Positions 24,566 through 37,330 of a DNA stretch of 54,113 nt are shown here, one piece after another (within the stretch, counting starts at the first letter, position 1; every line of letters starts with the position of its first letter). The notes under the pieces were generated by a model. The model was not told where the DNA came from and did no database searches. It saw only the letters and a program-made list of their open reading frames with translations. The stretch is taken from positions 2,670,057 through 2,724,169 of the forward strand of contig JAHRHZ010000085.1 of the NCBI GenBank assembly GCA_024137785.1, in the 5' to 3' direction. Both the position numbers and the translations under genes were made by a program. Origin of the DNA: Ginglymostoma cirratum (Eukaryota).

Positions 24566-26048
24566 ATGCTGTGGCAGCTACGACACTACTTTGAAATACA
24601 TTTTTTGTTAGAGGAGACTCTAACGACAATAGTGCGGAAACATAATGTTCCAAAAGGACAGTGGTCCCTGGAGGACATGAAACGTGTCTGGGGAGAAACC
24701 ACCCGGCAGGAGAACAAGGGCAGGGCTAAATGTTCCCTCACATTAACGGCACAACTCTGCCAAAGAAATGAACTCATGACCCGGTCAGCTCAATACCGAG
24801 AAATAAATAAACTCAAAGAACAGGTAAAAGCCATGCACGAGCAACTGCAGAAGGAGAGACCCAAACAAGAGGAGGCTGAAGTTAAAATACAGAAGCTTGT
24901 ACAGGAGAACAGGAAACTGAAATATGAACTGACAGTTTTGTCAGTTTCTCCCCTGGCTCCAAAGACAATTCCGAGTCGATACCCAACCACCCGAGAAATC
25001 CAGGAAGTGATTAAACGAAACAAAGCTCTTAAAATTCTCTTAGCTCTTCAAACTGAGGATTCCTCTAGCAGTGACAGTGATGAAGACTGTACACCCCCAA
25101 CACCCTTTTTAGAGCCCCTTAAAACCAAAAAAAGTAAAACCTGAGAAATTAGTGAGGCAAGGATTAGAGGACGGCAGGGAGGTCGATGTTCCAACGAGAT
25201 AAACCGAAAACCACATGGTCCATGTGCCTGTGACCCCTGACAACATTGACAGGTGGTCGAGAGAAATGTCTCACCCAAAGAAAGGGCTGATGAAAACCTG
25301 GGAAAGCCTAGACCGGTTAAGGGGAATATACTTGCTCCATCCCTGGGATGGGGTACAAAACCTCACTGTCATAGTCACCAAGAGAGAGGGACGCCTCCTC
25401 CATGAGGCAGTTATACATGAATCCGAACAGGAGCTGCAAGCTGGCTGGACAGCAATAAAACAGAGCTGCAGGGATTCAGTCCACCGAAAACCGATTGGAC
25501 AAAGGTCACTGTCTGCTGCCAAAAAGCCACTGAGGAAGTCCCCATATAGAAGGAAATGTTCAGGACAACCTGGAAGGAATATGCAGTGGTCCCAAATGTA
25601 AAGGATGACAAAGATTTCGAAAACTGCGACTCCGGCCCGCTGAAATCTGCCTTTGTGGCAGGACTCAAACCAGAGCTCGGTAAAATGCTGAAACTCACTC
25701 AACTGGATTGGGACCAAAGGGGTATCAAACACTATGTGTTTGTCCAAGCCCACCAGCTCGACCGGGAAATGGGAGCTCAGGTGCGAGTCGTGCAGACAGG
25801 ACAAGTAAGACAGACCCCTGGTAACCCTGGAACAACCCAGGACAGACACCCAGGGAAATGTCAAGTCTGTGGGAAGGAGGGTAACTGGTCCAAGAATTGC
25901 TGACACAGGGGGAAAGGACACAGCCCCCGCTAAGAGCCCTAATGAAAGAGAAACCTCGGTGGCAGGAAATAATCCCAACCCCCTGGAACAGTTCAAAAGG
26001 CTGTCCGTCCAACAGCGGCAGGAGCAACTGGATTTGACAAAAAACTGA
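24566..26048 (+). pseudogene. gag: ERV gag (frameshifted)
   Basis: ORFs 24566-25144, 25215-25601, 25556-25903; 'LKSAFVAGLKPEL', degenerate knuckle CQVCGKEGNWSKNC. Confidence 0.8.
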
Positions 26049-26099
26049 GTGAGCCCACTCCATGCCCCTCCACGCTGCTACTGGCTTTATGCGACTATA

Positions 26100-27860
26100 T
26101 GCGACTATATGACTACATGCGACCATGAAGGCGGGTGACCTGGACATTGCGTGTCTCTTGGTCGCAGGAGCAGAATAACATGCCTTCCCCCGAAGTCTGA
26201 AGCCAACCTCCCGCAAGACGGGACAGGAAAGACAGCCTCCGGAGCAGGAGCTGACAGGATTGAAATAAATAAAAACTAATCCAATAAATATTGCATTTGG
26301 CCCCCACTAACTGGTAACCTGCGTATGGGTAGGACCTGTAGCTCAACCGCTCCTCAGGATGAATATCCTTTCTCAATTAAATTCATCCCTACACTTCAAT
26401 GATGGACGGATGGGGTGTTCTATTAGAACACTTTAGAGGGAATATTTAAAGGACCACCCCATCTGAGCGAAAGACAAAGATGATTGCAGGTTACTAGAAA
26501 TGGAACCTGCAACATTTACAGGGATACCCCCGCCTTGCACCAATAGTATCCCATCAGCCCGATGTCAATTACGGGAGTCCTTCCAATAAGTCAAAGACAC
26601 GAGGAAAAGGGAATCCTGGTTAAAACACACAGCACTGTGGAAGCCCAAGGTAATGCCCTGGCAGATCAAGCAGCTAAAAGAACTGCCTCCAATCACTCCT
26701 GCCCAGAGCCTCAAATGCACGTCTGCTGGCTCGACACTGGGGCAACAATCAAGATCTGTAATCAATGCAGAGTGAGTGTTCCCGAAAGGAAAAATGGGAC
26801 TGGATTGAGAATGGAACCAAGGTATACGAAGACGGAATTTGGAGGCGCCGTGAGTCTAATCGCCCAATTGCACCCACTGCCCTGATGCCATATCTGGCGC
26901 AACAAATTCACTCCTGGGGATATTTGGAACCGGAACACAAGACAGCCCGGTTACAAGGCAGCTGGTGGGGACGAGGCTTTAAAAGATATGCTCGGACCAT
27001 ATTAGACCGCTGCCTCACCTGCCTCAAGAACAACCCGGGAACCAAAGTGCAAGTCCCCGAACTGAAAGCACCACCGCCCCCAGGATCATTCCAACACTTA
27101 CAGGTTGATTATTTCTTGGTGCCACGCTGTACAAGGATTTTCGGACGTTCTTGTCATTGTGGATAGTTTCTCTAGGTGGGTAGAAGCTGCACCCGCAAGT
27201 AAGGCCACTGCCAACCACACAGCCAAGGTGCTGTGTAGGTAGTACATACCCCGGCTGGGGAGTACCCACCAGCATCGACTCAGACCAGGGGACCCACTTC
27301 GCAGGAACAGTGTGTCAGGAGGTCTGCCAATTATTAAGAATTGAGTGGAATTTTCACTGCCCATGTCACCCTCAATCTCAGGGCAGCTGGAAAGACTGAA
27401 CCAGACCCTGAAACAAAGGCTGGCTAAATACCACCAGGAAGGAATACCCTGGCCACAGGTATTACAAATAGTGCTGTGTAGTGTCAGGGCTACTCCCAAC
27501 AAAACAACAGGCAGGAGCCCGTTTGAGATAGTAACAGGCAGGCTGATGTCCCTACCCGGGACAATACACCTGCGAGAGGCCGACTGTCATCTTATGAGCG
27601 ATGCCCTAATGTTCTACTGTCCGGCACTAACCGTTAAGTTCTTCCTCACAGGTATCGACTGCCTGGACGGACCAGCCAGAGGGAGGCCATGCCATTGTAC
27701 CAGGCATGTGGGTACTTGTGAAGAAGGTCCAGAAGGAACCATTATATACCAAGTGGGAGGGACCATACCAAGTACTACTGATCACCCAGTCAGCTGTCAA
27801 GGTTCAGGGAAAGAAGGCCTGGACTCACATCTCACATATCAAACGGACATCTTGCAAAAT
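26100..27860 (+). pseudogene. pol: ERV pro-pol (RT mostly deleted; RNase H end and integrase)
   Basis: 'LLVAGAE' degenerate protease site; 'QGNALADQAAK'; 'CLTC', 'LQVDY', 'DSDQGTHF', 'SGQLERLNQTLKQRL', 'WEGPYQVLL'. Confidence 0.88.
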
Positions 27861-27899
27861 AGAAGACGCGAGACTGAATAGACACCATGACATCCTCAA

Positions 27900-28075
27900 A
27901 TGATTGCCAACTTTACCCCTTACTATTGCTCTTATTTCATTTGTGGTCTTAAAGCATACCCGTGGCTCCCTGCCTGTTGGCAAGGTTCATGCTACCTTGG
28001 GTACGTGGTCCCACAGATATACCACTCTGCTGAATTGCCCAGCCTGAGACTCAAAAGAACAATCTATGATTCCCA
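27900..28075 (+). pseudogene. env: ERV env fragment (SU C-terminus to furin site)
   Basis: 'YFICGLKAYPWLPACWQGSCYLGYVVP..RLKR' class I Env signature. Confidence 0.8.
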
Positions 28076-28130
28076 GAATGTGAACTATATATCCACAGTC
28101 TCCTTCAACATCTAAGGGACCCCAGTGGAC

Positions 28131-28239
28131 TTTGGGATTCTATTTCGCCTTAAATCGTGCTGCTGTGAACGTGCAATAAAGAGGCTATTTTTGCCACTCA
28201 CTGATCCTGGTCGTTTGGTTCTTTGAATGTGATCTCACA
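28131..28239 (+). repeat. ERV 3' LTR remnant (R-U5)
   Basis: Direct repeat of 24105-24214. Confidence 0.8.
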
Positions 28240-28249
28240 CAAGATTGTG

Positions 28250-29035
28250 TGAAGTGCAGGTAAATCGCTGCTTCACCTGGAAGGTGTGTTGTGGCATTGG
28301 ATAGTGAAGAGGGGAGGAAATAAATGGGCAGGTGTTGTACGTTCTGCAATTGCAGTGCAAGGTGCCGGTGGGGGTTGGGGGGTGAGATAGGGAGATGCTA
28401 GAAGTGGACCAAGGTGTCCCAGAGGGAAAGGACCCTGCACAAGGATGACACAGGAGGGGAAGGGAATATGTATCTGATGGTGGTATCCCACTGGAGGTGA
28501 CAGAAATGGCGGTGAATGATCCTTTGGATGTGCATGAGGGTGGGATGGTAAGTGAGCACCAGGGGACTCAGGCTTTCTGCAGTGTTCCAGCGAAGCTCAG
28601 CACAAGCTGGAAGAACAGCATTTCATTTTCCACTTGAGGACCTTGCAGCCTTTGGGACTCAATATTGTATTAAATAATTTTCAGGTTTAAGCACCATTTC
28701 CCATGCCCTTACCCTCACCCCCACAAACCAGGGCTTGTCATCACATGGGCTGCTGACGATTGCCAGTGATGAATGGTCCTCATTACCAGGTACTGATTCT
28801 TCCAGACTGAACTTTGCCCACTCCTTTGTCTGTTCAACTTCTATTCTCTGTCTCTGGGCTCCAACTCCACTCACCGTTTATTCCTCCACCACTCTCCAAC
28901 CCATCCTCAGCATATATATTAAACTTATCCGAAGTACTTTCTGTTCTGAAGAAGAATCACTGGGCACGATCCGTTCATTCTGCTTTCTGTTCCATAGATG
29001 TTGCCAGATCTGCTGAGATTTCCCAGCAAATTATG
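28250..29035. mobile_element. Penelope-like fragments (minus 28250-28565, plus 28570-29035)
   Basis: Similar to 21797-22668 in both orientations. Confidence 0.75.
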
Positions 29036-30559
29036 CATTTTTTAATGGAATATTCATTGTTTGGGATTCAGGTACACCAATAATAATGGCTAAATTTAAT
29101 CTCTGTAAATTGACTGAAATAAAATCAGATTGGAGAGAGGTTGAAAAGTTTGGGCGTATACCCACAGGATTTTGCAGAACTCAAATTATACTCAACTTAT
29201 GTATACAATAATATGGGGACATCATGCATTGGACACTGAGTGCATGCTGTTCCTGCAGACTAGCATTCAGCCAGGTGAAAAATAAGAGTCTCATTTTTGA
29301 GGCAGGTGTGTATTTTTACCCCTCAGCCAGAGGATCGTTAGCCCTTGAACTTCTCTTTCACAGAGAGCAGGACAATTGAATATTTTCAGACTGTTTTAGA
29401 TAGTTTCTTGATACAGTTGGAGCCAATGAATGTAGCACAAGAAACTGGAGATTTAGACCACTGTCAGATTAGATATGATCTCATCGAGTGAGATCGCACA
29501 GCCTCGAAGCGCAGAATGTTTCATTCCTGCACCTCATTCCCATGTTCTTATTTATTACGTTCCTTCGTACAACTGCTGTGCGGCAAGGATTATCGAACAA
29601 CTAAATATGACATGGCTCATAGTTGCTCACAAATGCAGTACAAACAGAACAACACCCATTCTGCTACAACAAACTATGCCTGGTTTTACCCTACTCCCTC
29701 CTTTTCTCATGGAACCAGTTCGATCACTGTGGTCATGCTTACGAATTCTGACATGGATAGATGCTTTTGCAACTGGCAGAGTGGTGAGGATAAGTTCACA
29801 TGCATATATTTTTCCCACATATTGATAGCTGAAATGCCTTGTGAATACCCAGTCCTGAGCTGTTCATTGTTCAGTGTTTATCTCATTCGGCGCCTTAAAA
29901 ATGCCACAGAGAAGAATGTAAGGTATCTGTTAGATTTCATATTTTCAATGAGAGGAGGGACAGATTCAGATGACCTTTATTTGCGTTTTACCGATCAGTT
30001 ACAGCATACAGGAAAAAGGAACAGCAAAAGAAAATGCAAAAAGGCAATATTAACTGATACAATTTAAACTGAGAATGCACATGTCCCTCCCTCTGATTAC
30101 TATTGGTCAGCGATGCCAAGTTGTCCTTTAGTAATTGGCTCTCAGCTTGCTAATCACTGAGATGGGCTTGTTGTGCACCCCCGCTCATGTTTTCACAGAC
30201 TTTCTTATCTTCATGCACAGTGCTAATTCCCAATTAATTAGATCAGGGACTTATAAATTTCTCTTTCCAGGGAATACAAAGATGAAATGACAAGGGGTGG
30301 GGGGGGGACATTTTTACTGTATGGAAGTGATTTGAATCTTTTAGCCATTTTTTAGCATATTGTACATCGAAGAAATAACACAAGAGAAACAATTACTGCA
30401 ACTTTGATTTGTTCGCTGCTATGCACAGTGCTGCTATTGTTATCAAATGTTACATGTTGTCATCTATATTCTTTCAAGAATGATTGCACATTCAGCAACC
30501 TTGAGAAATGTTACTGTCAGCATAAGTTAGGGGCAACCCTGACAGATATTTTGTGACTC

Positions 30560-30793
30560 AGTTATGGGCATCCCTGACGATCCTCCCTTTGATTCCCCCT
30601 GAAGCGAATCACAAAGCACACAGGTATATAGTTGCACACACAAGGTTGGCTTTTCATACAAGAATGATTGCCTCACAGGTTGCTTATCTTTCAGGAGCTG
30701 AACCTGTGGGGCTACGGCTGAAGCCACCTGTTGGCAACAACATTTGATTAATAACAACAAACAATACAAAAGGAGAATTACTGCAACAAATAA
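30560..30793 (-). mobile_element. Retroviral env TM anchor/cytoplasmic tail plus polypurine tract
   Basis: 'VLFVAVILLLYCLLLLIKCCCQQVASAVAPQVQLL'; then ggggaatcaaagggagga and an LTR-start-like cgtcaggg. Confidence 0.55.
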
Positions 30794-30847
30794 CACTGTA
30801 CCTTGCACATGAAGCTCTATCTGTTTCTGTCCCACACGGCCCATTGT

Positions 30848-31044
30848 ACGCCTCACCACAGGCCCCCGGGGCTGCCTCCTCCCACTTTCACCGCCTCAGG
30901 ACTTGCCACAGGACCCTGGGCCTGCCTCCCCCCGCTCTCACCGCTGGCAGTCTCGGGCTGCTTGCTCCCACCACGTACAATGGGCCGTGTGGGACAGAAA
31001 CAGATGGAGCTTCATGTGCAAGGTACAGTGCCTCTTGTGGGGAA
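30848..31044 (+). repeat. 197-bp direct repeat, copy 1
   Basis: Identical by eye to 32809-33005. Confidence 0.95.
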
Positions 31045-31179
31045 CGCTATTGGGGCTGGTTCTGTGTGGGTGGGGTACAAGCATGGTCCTTTCGCCTTAC
31101 ACTGACAACGTGATTCTCACTTTTACCGAAAGGGCTGACCCGGGGAGGAAGTGTGAGTGCCAGGCAGTGTACTCAGTGG

Positions 31180-32770
31180 CATCTTCCTCCAGATCAACTG
31201 GACCAAAAATTCCGGACTCCTGGTCGCTCCGTGGTGGATGAATTCTCTGCCAGATGAGTTGGGGGGGTTCATCTGGAGCACCCACCCATCTCCTCTACCT
31301 GGGGCTATACCTTAGCTCGGCTGAGGTATCCTGGCCGGGAGCAAATTGGCAGGAGCTGGAGGCCAAAGTCTCGGCTTACCTCGGCCGCTGGACAGGCCTG
31401 CTCTGCGTGCTGTCTGACAGGAGCCGAGTGCTGCTTATAAACCATGTTGGGGGAACGGCTGCTCCCTTTGCCCCCTCCTCCTGGTTTTGATGCTGACATC
31501 CAGAGAACTTTGGTTCACTTCTTCTGGGAGAAAAAGCCGCACTGGGTCATGGCACAGGTTCTGAATCTCTCTATTGCGGGGGCGTGGGGGGGCGGTGAGT
31601 CGCTGGTGTGTGCCCACACCCAGGTGGTGGCACCTTCAGACCTTGCAGCGATACCCTTAAATTGAGCCATTTTCTCGGTGCTGCCCCCTGGTGGCGTAGT
31701 ATTCCCGCCAGTTCCGTCACCTCAATTACGACGCACGCAGCCCTGTTTATCGCCAGTGAGGGTTTGTAGGTGTCCCTCAGACCACTGCCTGTCTTTTCCC
31801 AGGAACCTGTTCACTGTCTGGGACATGGTCGCCGCGGACCTACCCCCCGGCAGGAGTGGCAGCCATCGTTAGAGAGCCGCTGCTGAGGAACCCGCGCCTC
31901 CACAATCACAGGATTGAGTGGCTGGTGGAGGGGAGGGCCGTGCCTATGGGGGTGACCAGTGTCAGGGATGTGCTGGGGGGTGAGGGGCCTAGGCTGGATG
32001 CTGCCACAGGAATTGGCACGCAGGGCGGCAGTAGACACCCGGCTCATAGCCACTGCCATCCAATGCCTTAAAACAGCAGCGCTCGTACCCGACATTATGG
32101 GCCAGGTGGAGGATGTTCAGGTGTGCGGTGGGATCCCGTCTGCGTGTACCCCTGCCCAGACAGAATTTCACATTGGCCCCAGGATCCCGTACCTCCCCCG
32201 GGAGCCTGTGCCCCACAACCTGAGCTGCCTCCGGAACATAGTTAGAATGGATTGGAGTGCGGGGAAATAGCGGACCCCATACAGACTGCTGCTGCACACC
32301 ATCCACCTCTTCTCTTTCACCCACCGCCCGGGCACACCTTGCCGTGCCCATTTACCACCGGGCGGCGGGGATCCCCAGTGTAGGGCTCTCTACGCAGGAC
32401 CCCTCCCCCTTTCCCTTGGGGATCTGTGGGGGGGGCGGGTGTTGCACACAGCAGTCCCATGGAACTGCGGATTGCGGTGATTCACGGACTCCCAGCCCAA
32501 CTGTCTGTTTTATGGCGCTGTGGGTTCCGTGGACCATGTGGATATTGGGTGTGGGTGTTTTCACTCCCTTTTCAGTTATCTTAAAGATCTCCTTTTGTGT
32601 TTCTGGCTGCACTTCAGCCCCACGCTCCTGATCTTTGGGCAACCGGTGCAGAGTGGGGTGGGGCAGGTCAGAGGATCCCCTCATGGGTCTGCTCCTGGGC
32701 CTGGCCAAGCTCGTTAATAACAGGCCCAGGCAGCGGGGGCATTATGGCCGACTGCCTGCCCCTCTTCCAT
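31180..32770 (+). mobile_element. Tx1/L1-clade LINE ORF2 3' fragment
   Basis: 'LYLGLYLS..NWQELEAKV..LGRWTGLL..RVLLIN', 'IQRTLVHFFW', degenerate C-terminal knuckle and 'LLLGLAKL'. Confidence 0.85.
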
Positions 32771-32808
32771 CACCACCTCAGTCTGTCTGTTCCTGCTGTC
32801 ACCGCCTC

Positions 32809-33005
32809 ACGCCTCACCACAGGCCCCCGGGGCTGCCTCCTCCCACTTTCACCGCCTCAGGACTTGCCACAGGACCCTGGGCCTGCCTCCCCCCGCTCTC
32901 ACCGCTGGCAGTCTCGGGCTGCTTGCTCCCACCACGTACAATGGGCCGTGTGGGACAGAAACAGATGGAGCTTCATGTGCAAGGTACAGTGCCTCTTGTG
33001 GGGAA
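32809..33005 (+). repeat. 197-bp direct repeat, copy 2
   Basis: Identical by eye to 30848-31044. Confidence 0.95.
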
Positions 33006-33679
33006 AGGCTCTACACAAATGCAGTGTTTATATTGGTCAGCCAGGGCTCCCTGATCCGCCCAGGTTAACAACCTCAGTCAAGGATCTCATAGTCAATAAG
33101 ATTCACCTCGTTCCAATCACTACAGAAACGATCGATGAATTCTCCAGGCCACCTCAACTCTGACTTTCCTGTCAATACACCTAGACCACGTTCCCACCTG
33201 AATATGGCCCCCCTTTCATTCTTCCTGACATTTTTCTAGTTTTTTAGAGGAATTACAACAGAACTAAACTCCAGATATTTGATCCCTAGGAATTTATTTG
33301 ATTCCTGCTTCCCTATTGTTTCTTACGTTTTGAGTTGAATTATGTGCCATGGAATGTTGTAAATTTCCACCTCGTTATGTTTGGAACAATCAAGGGATTT
33401 TTCTGATTTCTGCTATTTCTCATAATCAAGTTGTTTCTGAAGGTCAATATATTGGAAACACCACATGCTTTTCCACATGTATATTTTAGGACACTCGGCG
33501 TGAGGTCATAAGCACCTCATTCAACCACTGCACTGCCCCAACACTGTCAGACTGATATCCATTATTGGATGAGCTGAATCACATTTCTTCAGTCAAAAGT
33601 TTTAGTCTCCATCAATGATATCTCTTCATTATCACAGAAGCCATCCATTTCTTGAGATGATGTTGCGTGGGTTGGAGTG

Positions 33680-34425
33680 CTTGAGCCATACAGAGACGCT
33701 GAATAGACTGGGACTATTTGCTCTGCAGCATCAGTGGCTTAGGGCTGACATGGTAGGGTGGTCCAAAACTTGACAGCATAGGTTTAAGGTGAGACGGGAA
33801 ACATTTACGAGTGACTTAAGGGAAAACATCTTGAGACAGAGAATGGTACGTCGATGGACTGTGGTGCCAGAGGAGTTAGTGGAGGATGGTCCAATTTATA
33901 GATTTAAGAGGCATCTGAATGGGCACATGAACTGGAAGGGTTCTGAGGAATAGGTGTCAAATACTGACAAATGGGACCAGAATAATCCAGGATCTGGTCA
34001 GCATGAATGACAGAGGTTGCAATGGCCTAGTGGTATTATCTCTGGACTGTTAATCCAGAAACCCAGATAATGTTCTGGGGACCTGGGTTTGAATACTGCC
34101 ATGACAGATGGTGGCATTTGAATTCAATAAAATATATGGAATTAAGAGTCTCATGATGACCATGAATCCATTGTCAATTGTCGGAAAAACCCATCTGGTT
34201 CACTAATGTCCTTGAGGGAAGGAAACTGCCATCCTTACCCGGTCTGGCCTACATGTGACTCTCGACCCACAGCAATGTGATTGACTCTTAACTGCACTCT
34301 GGGCAATTAGGGATGGACAATAAATGCTGCCTAGCCAGCGATGCCCTCAGCCCATAAATGAATAAAGAAATTAAGAAGTTGGACCAAAGGGTCTGTATGC
34401 TTGCTGTACAACTCTACAACTCTGT
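33680..34425 (+). mobile_element. CR1-type LINE 3' fragment interrupted by a SINE (34012-34372)
   Basis: CR1 3' sequence resumes after the SINE (gttggaccaaagggtctg..ctctacaactct). Confidence 0.8.
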
Positions 34426-36105
34426 AACAGGTTTTATACAATGTACTTAAAAACCTGGCTGAGGATTACCATCAAAGGAAGGAAAACATCCCAACCAATG
34501 GCAGATGGCTAATGCTTTTCCAAGTTGAAAGGATAACAATTTGAATTCATATCGCACCTTTAATATCTCAAGGAAAGAATCAATGTATATGTTGACTCAA
34601 ACTTTCCGTCAGGCCCATACTTCAGTTGCATTTGAAAATGTAATTAATTACATATATCCAGTGTCTTGCCATTTTCCCAAGTTGTTAATTTGTTTGAAAC
34701 GTCATTGCATTAACATCCATTGCAGCAGTGTGCACAGTTAAAAGGAGCATAGATCGAGCAGATAGATACATTTCCCCTTAGTACAGGCATCAATAACAAG
34801 AGGCACAGTTTTAAGGTGAGGAGCAGATGGTTTCCAGGGGCTTGAGGAACTTCATTTCACCCAAAGGGTTGTGGATGTCTTGAACTCACTGTCTAAGAGA
34901 GCAATAGAGATGGGAAACCTCAAGACATTTCAGAAAAATTTAGGTGAATACCTGAAACCATGTATCATGGAAGGCCACAGGCCAAGAGCTGGGAAATGGA
35001 ACGGGAATAAATGGAAGATGGATGACCAGCATAGACACAAGAGCCAAAAGGCAGCATTTCCTTGCAGTTAAAAACCTCTTGTGACTCTGACTCTCACATC
35101 AGCATGTTTATTGTTTCGGTTTGGGACTGTTATGTCCACATCCACTGGGAAATCAGCACATGATGGTTCATGTGACCATTCAAGGGCAGTTTCAAAAACA
35201 AACATCACACACAAATAAACACTCCAACATCCAACAGCTATGGCCCAGTGATGCAAGTACCAGATTTTTGATGCAGTGTGTAATTTATTTCATAATGTGA
35301 TCAAAAATATAACGAGAAATGAGACTGACCGGGATATACATTAGCAATAATTTTGACTGATGGCTTCGTCAATTTTTTGATAGTATTTCATTTCTGTAAA
35401 CTAGTAACTTTATCTGAAGAATGCTGAACCATAAAGAGAGATATGTTATATTTCCAGAATACAGGTCCCATGAATTCAAACCTACGCAGTACATGGTGGT
35501 GCATCTCACTTTGAGTAAAAGTGTGGTCGAGTTAAAATGTTAAATGGGGAAGACATTTCACAATGTCTTGGTGCATTATTTGGAAGTTACAAGATTCAAC
35601 CATTTTGCAGCAAAACCAGAAATAAATTGCAGATAGGCTAGATATGGTGAAACTGAATCTTTTGATGAGGACATGAAGTATGATGGCGCAAATATAAAAT
35701 TAATGTTAGGTCATTCAGATCAAAATCAGTAAGGGACACTTCACAAATCGAGACAATGCTAACAATTCTCTGCTCCGAGGCAAAGAGATCTGCATGCATT
35801 GCGCATGAGAGAAAGAAAAACAAATTGTTCTTCCCCAGAAACTCGTGGGGAAATTGTGACGGGAGACAGTATTTATTTTGGAGGCTGTGCACTGAAAATA
35901 AGATAAATGGACACTGTTTTGAGGGGAAACAACATGCAAAGCGTTGTTTGCAGCTTGGAGAAAAGTACATGAGAAGCGAATTAAAGCGTATGAAACAATG
36001 TTACCTTTTGGAGACATTGGGTCCGGACAATCTGGCACCATTTCTTCTGGGATCAGGACAGCTCAGCACAATAAGAGCCTTCTGATTGACCCGGCTGCAG
36101 TTTGA

Positions 36106-36335
36106 CACAGAAACAAAAATGGAAGTTGCTGGAAAAGCTCCGCAGGTCTGGCAGCATCTATAAAAAGAAATCAGAATTAACGTTTCAGTCCCGGTGACTC
36201 TTCCTCAGTACAGATCCCGGACCCGAAGCGTTATCTCTGACTTCTCTTCACAGATGCTGCCAGACCTGCTGAGCTTTTCCAGCAACTTCTGTTTTTGTTT
36301 CGGAGTGACGGCATCCGCAGTTCTTGCAGTTTTTA
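36106..36335. mobile_element. Hairpin Penelope terminal insertion
   Basis: gaagttgctggaaaagctc.gcaggtctggcagcatct / agatgctgccagacctgctgagcttttccagcaacttc arms. Confidence 0.85.
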
Positions 36336-36779
36336 TGCAGTTTGTCACAGATGCTGTGGAGATGTGAAACAAGGGGAGTCGACCTCAAGCTTTCTGCGTC
36401 ATTTTCTCTCTCACGGGTTCTTTGGGGGCGGGAAGCTGGTTGTGTCTTGCCTGGGGCAGGGTGTGTTGGAATGTTGGTGGTGATTTGGGGTGTTCAGTTG
36501 CTGGGTCAGAATTAAAACAGATTTTGATTTCTCCAACTGTTCCTGATTAAATAATAAATAAGTAATTGGTGATTCTTTTCACCAAGAGAACAGACAGACT
36601 GATGTAACATCGACATCAACCACAAAGGAGATAATTGGGAAATTGCTTAGTATTTGGACAAATAAATTGGTTCCTACAATTATGCAAATTAAATGACTCT
36701 GGGTCAGATCACAGACTGTAATAAGGGGTCTTGAAGCGTTGATGTGACAGCACTGCTTACTTCCAAAGACATCCCTCAG

Positions 36780-37330
36780 CTAAGGAAACACGAGGCTCGT
36801 TACTAAACAACCGAGTAATGCCACCCCCCTAAAACACCAACACCATCAGCAAGGACAGCACCCTCAAAAGTACTCGTTTCCATACACCCGGACAAAGAAG
36901 GCCACCAATCCGATTGGGACAACGTAATGATCCGAGGACAAGCCAACCAAAGACACGCTAAGTATTTCCTAGAGACCTGGAACTCCATCAACAAACATGT
37001 GGACATAGACCCCCATATACCAACCACTCTGAAGCAGAACTGGAAATGAGGCCAACCACCACATCAGACCAGACCCACAGAAGGGTTTAGGCCCGAAACG
37101 TCAAGTTTTCCTGCTCCTATGATGCTGCTTGACCTGCTGTGTTCATCCAGCCCCAGGCTTGTTATCTCGGATTCTCCAGCATCTGCAGTACCTTTTATCT
37201 CTGACAGAAATAACAAGCGGGACAGATCAACAATGCTTCATCAGAAACGCGCTGATGGTGTTATCTAGTATGTTGATGAAATGTCTGCAAACCAACCTAC
37301 CAGCTCGAGGAACAAATCAACAACCTCACA
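36780..37330 (+). mobile_element. Divergent Penelope-like 3' fragment with a nested PLE end (37081-37203)
   Basis: Degenerate 'GHQSDWDNVMIRGQA..YFLETWNSINKH'; ctgatgg..gatgaaatgtc hammerhead-like end. Confidence 0.65.

Larger units (their letters stand above)
24021..28239 (+). mobile_element. Degraded class I (gamma/epsilon-like) endogenous retrovirus
   Basis: Partial LTR, PBS, gag, pro, deleted RT, RNase H, integrase, env fragment and partial LTR in canonical order. Confidence 0.9.

Noticed and set aside
26089-26126. Short tandem repeat tatgcgacta
   Set aside because: Small slippage repeat inside a dead ERV; not an array with spacers
29475-30067. 183-aa and 116-aa ORFs
   Set aside because: No recognisable domain or splice context; probably chance ORFs
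35756-36085. 109-aa ORF in a B-specific insertion
   Set aside because: No recognisable motif; cannot be supported without a search
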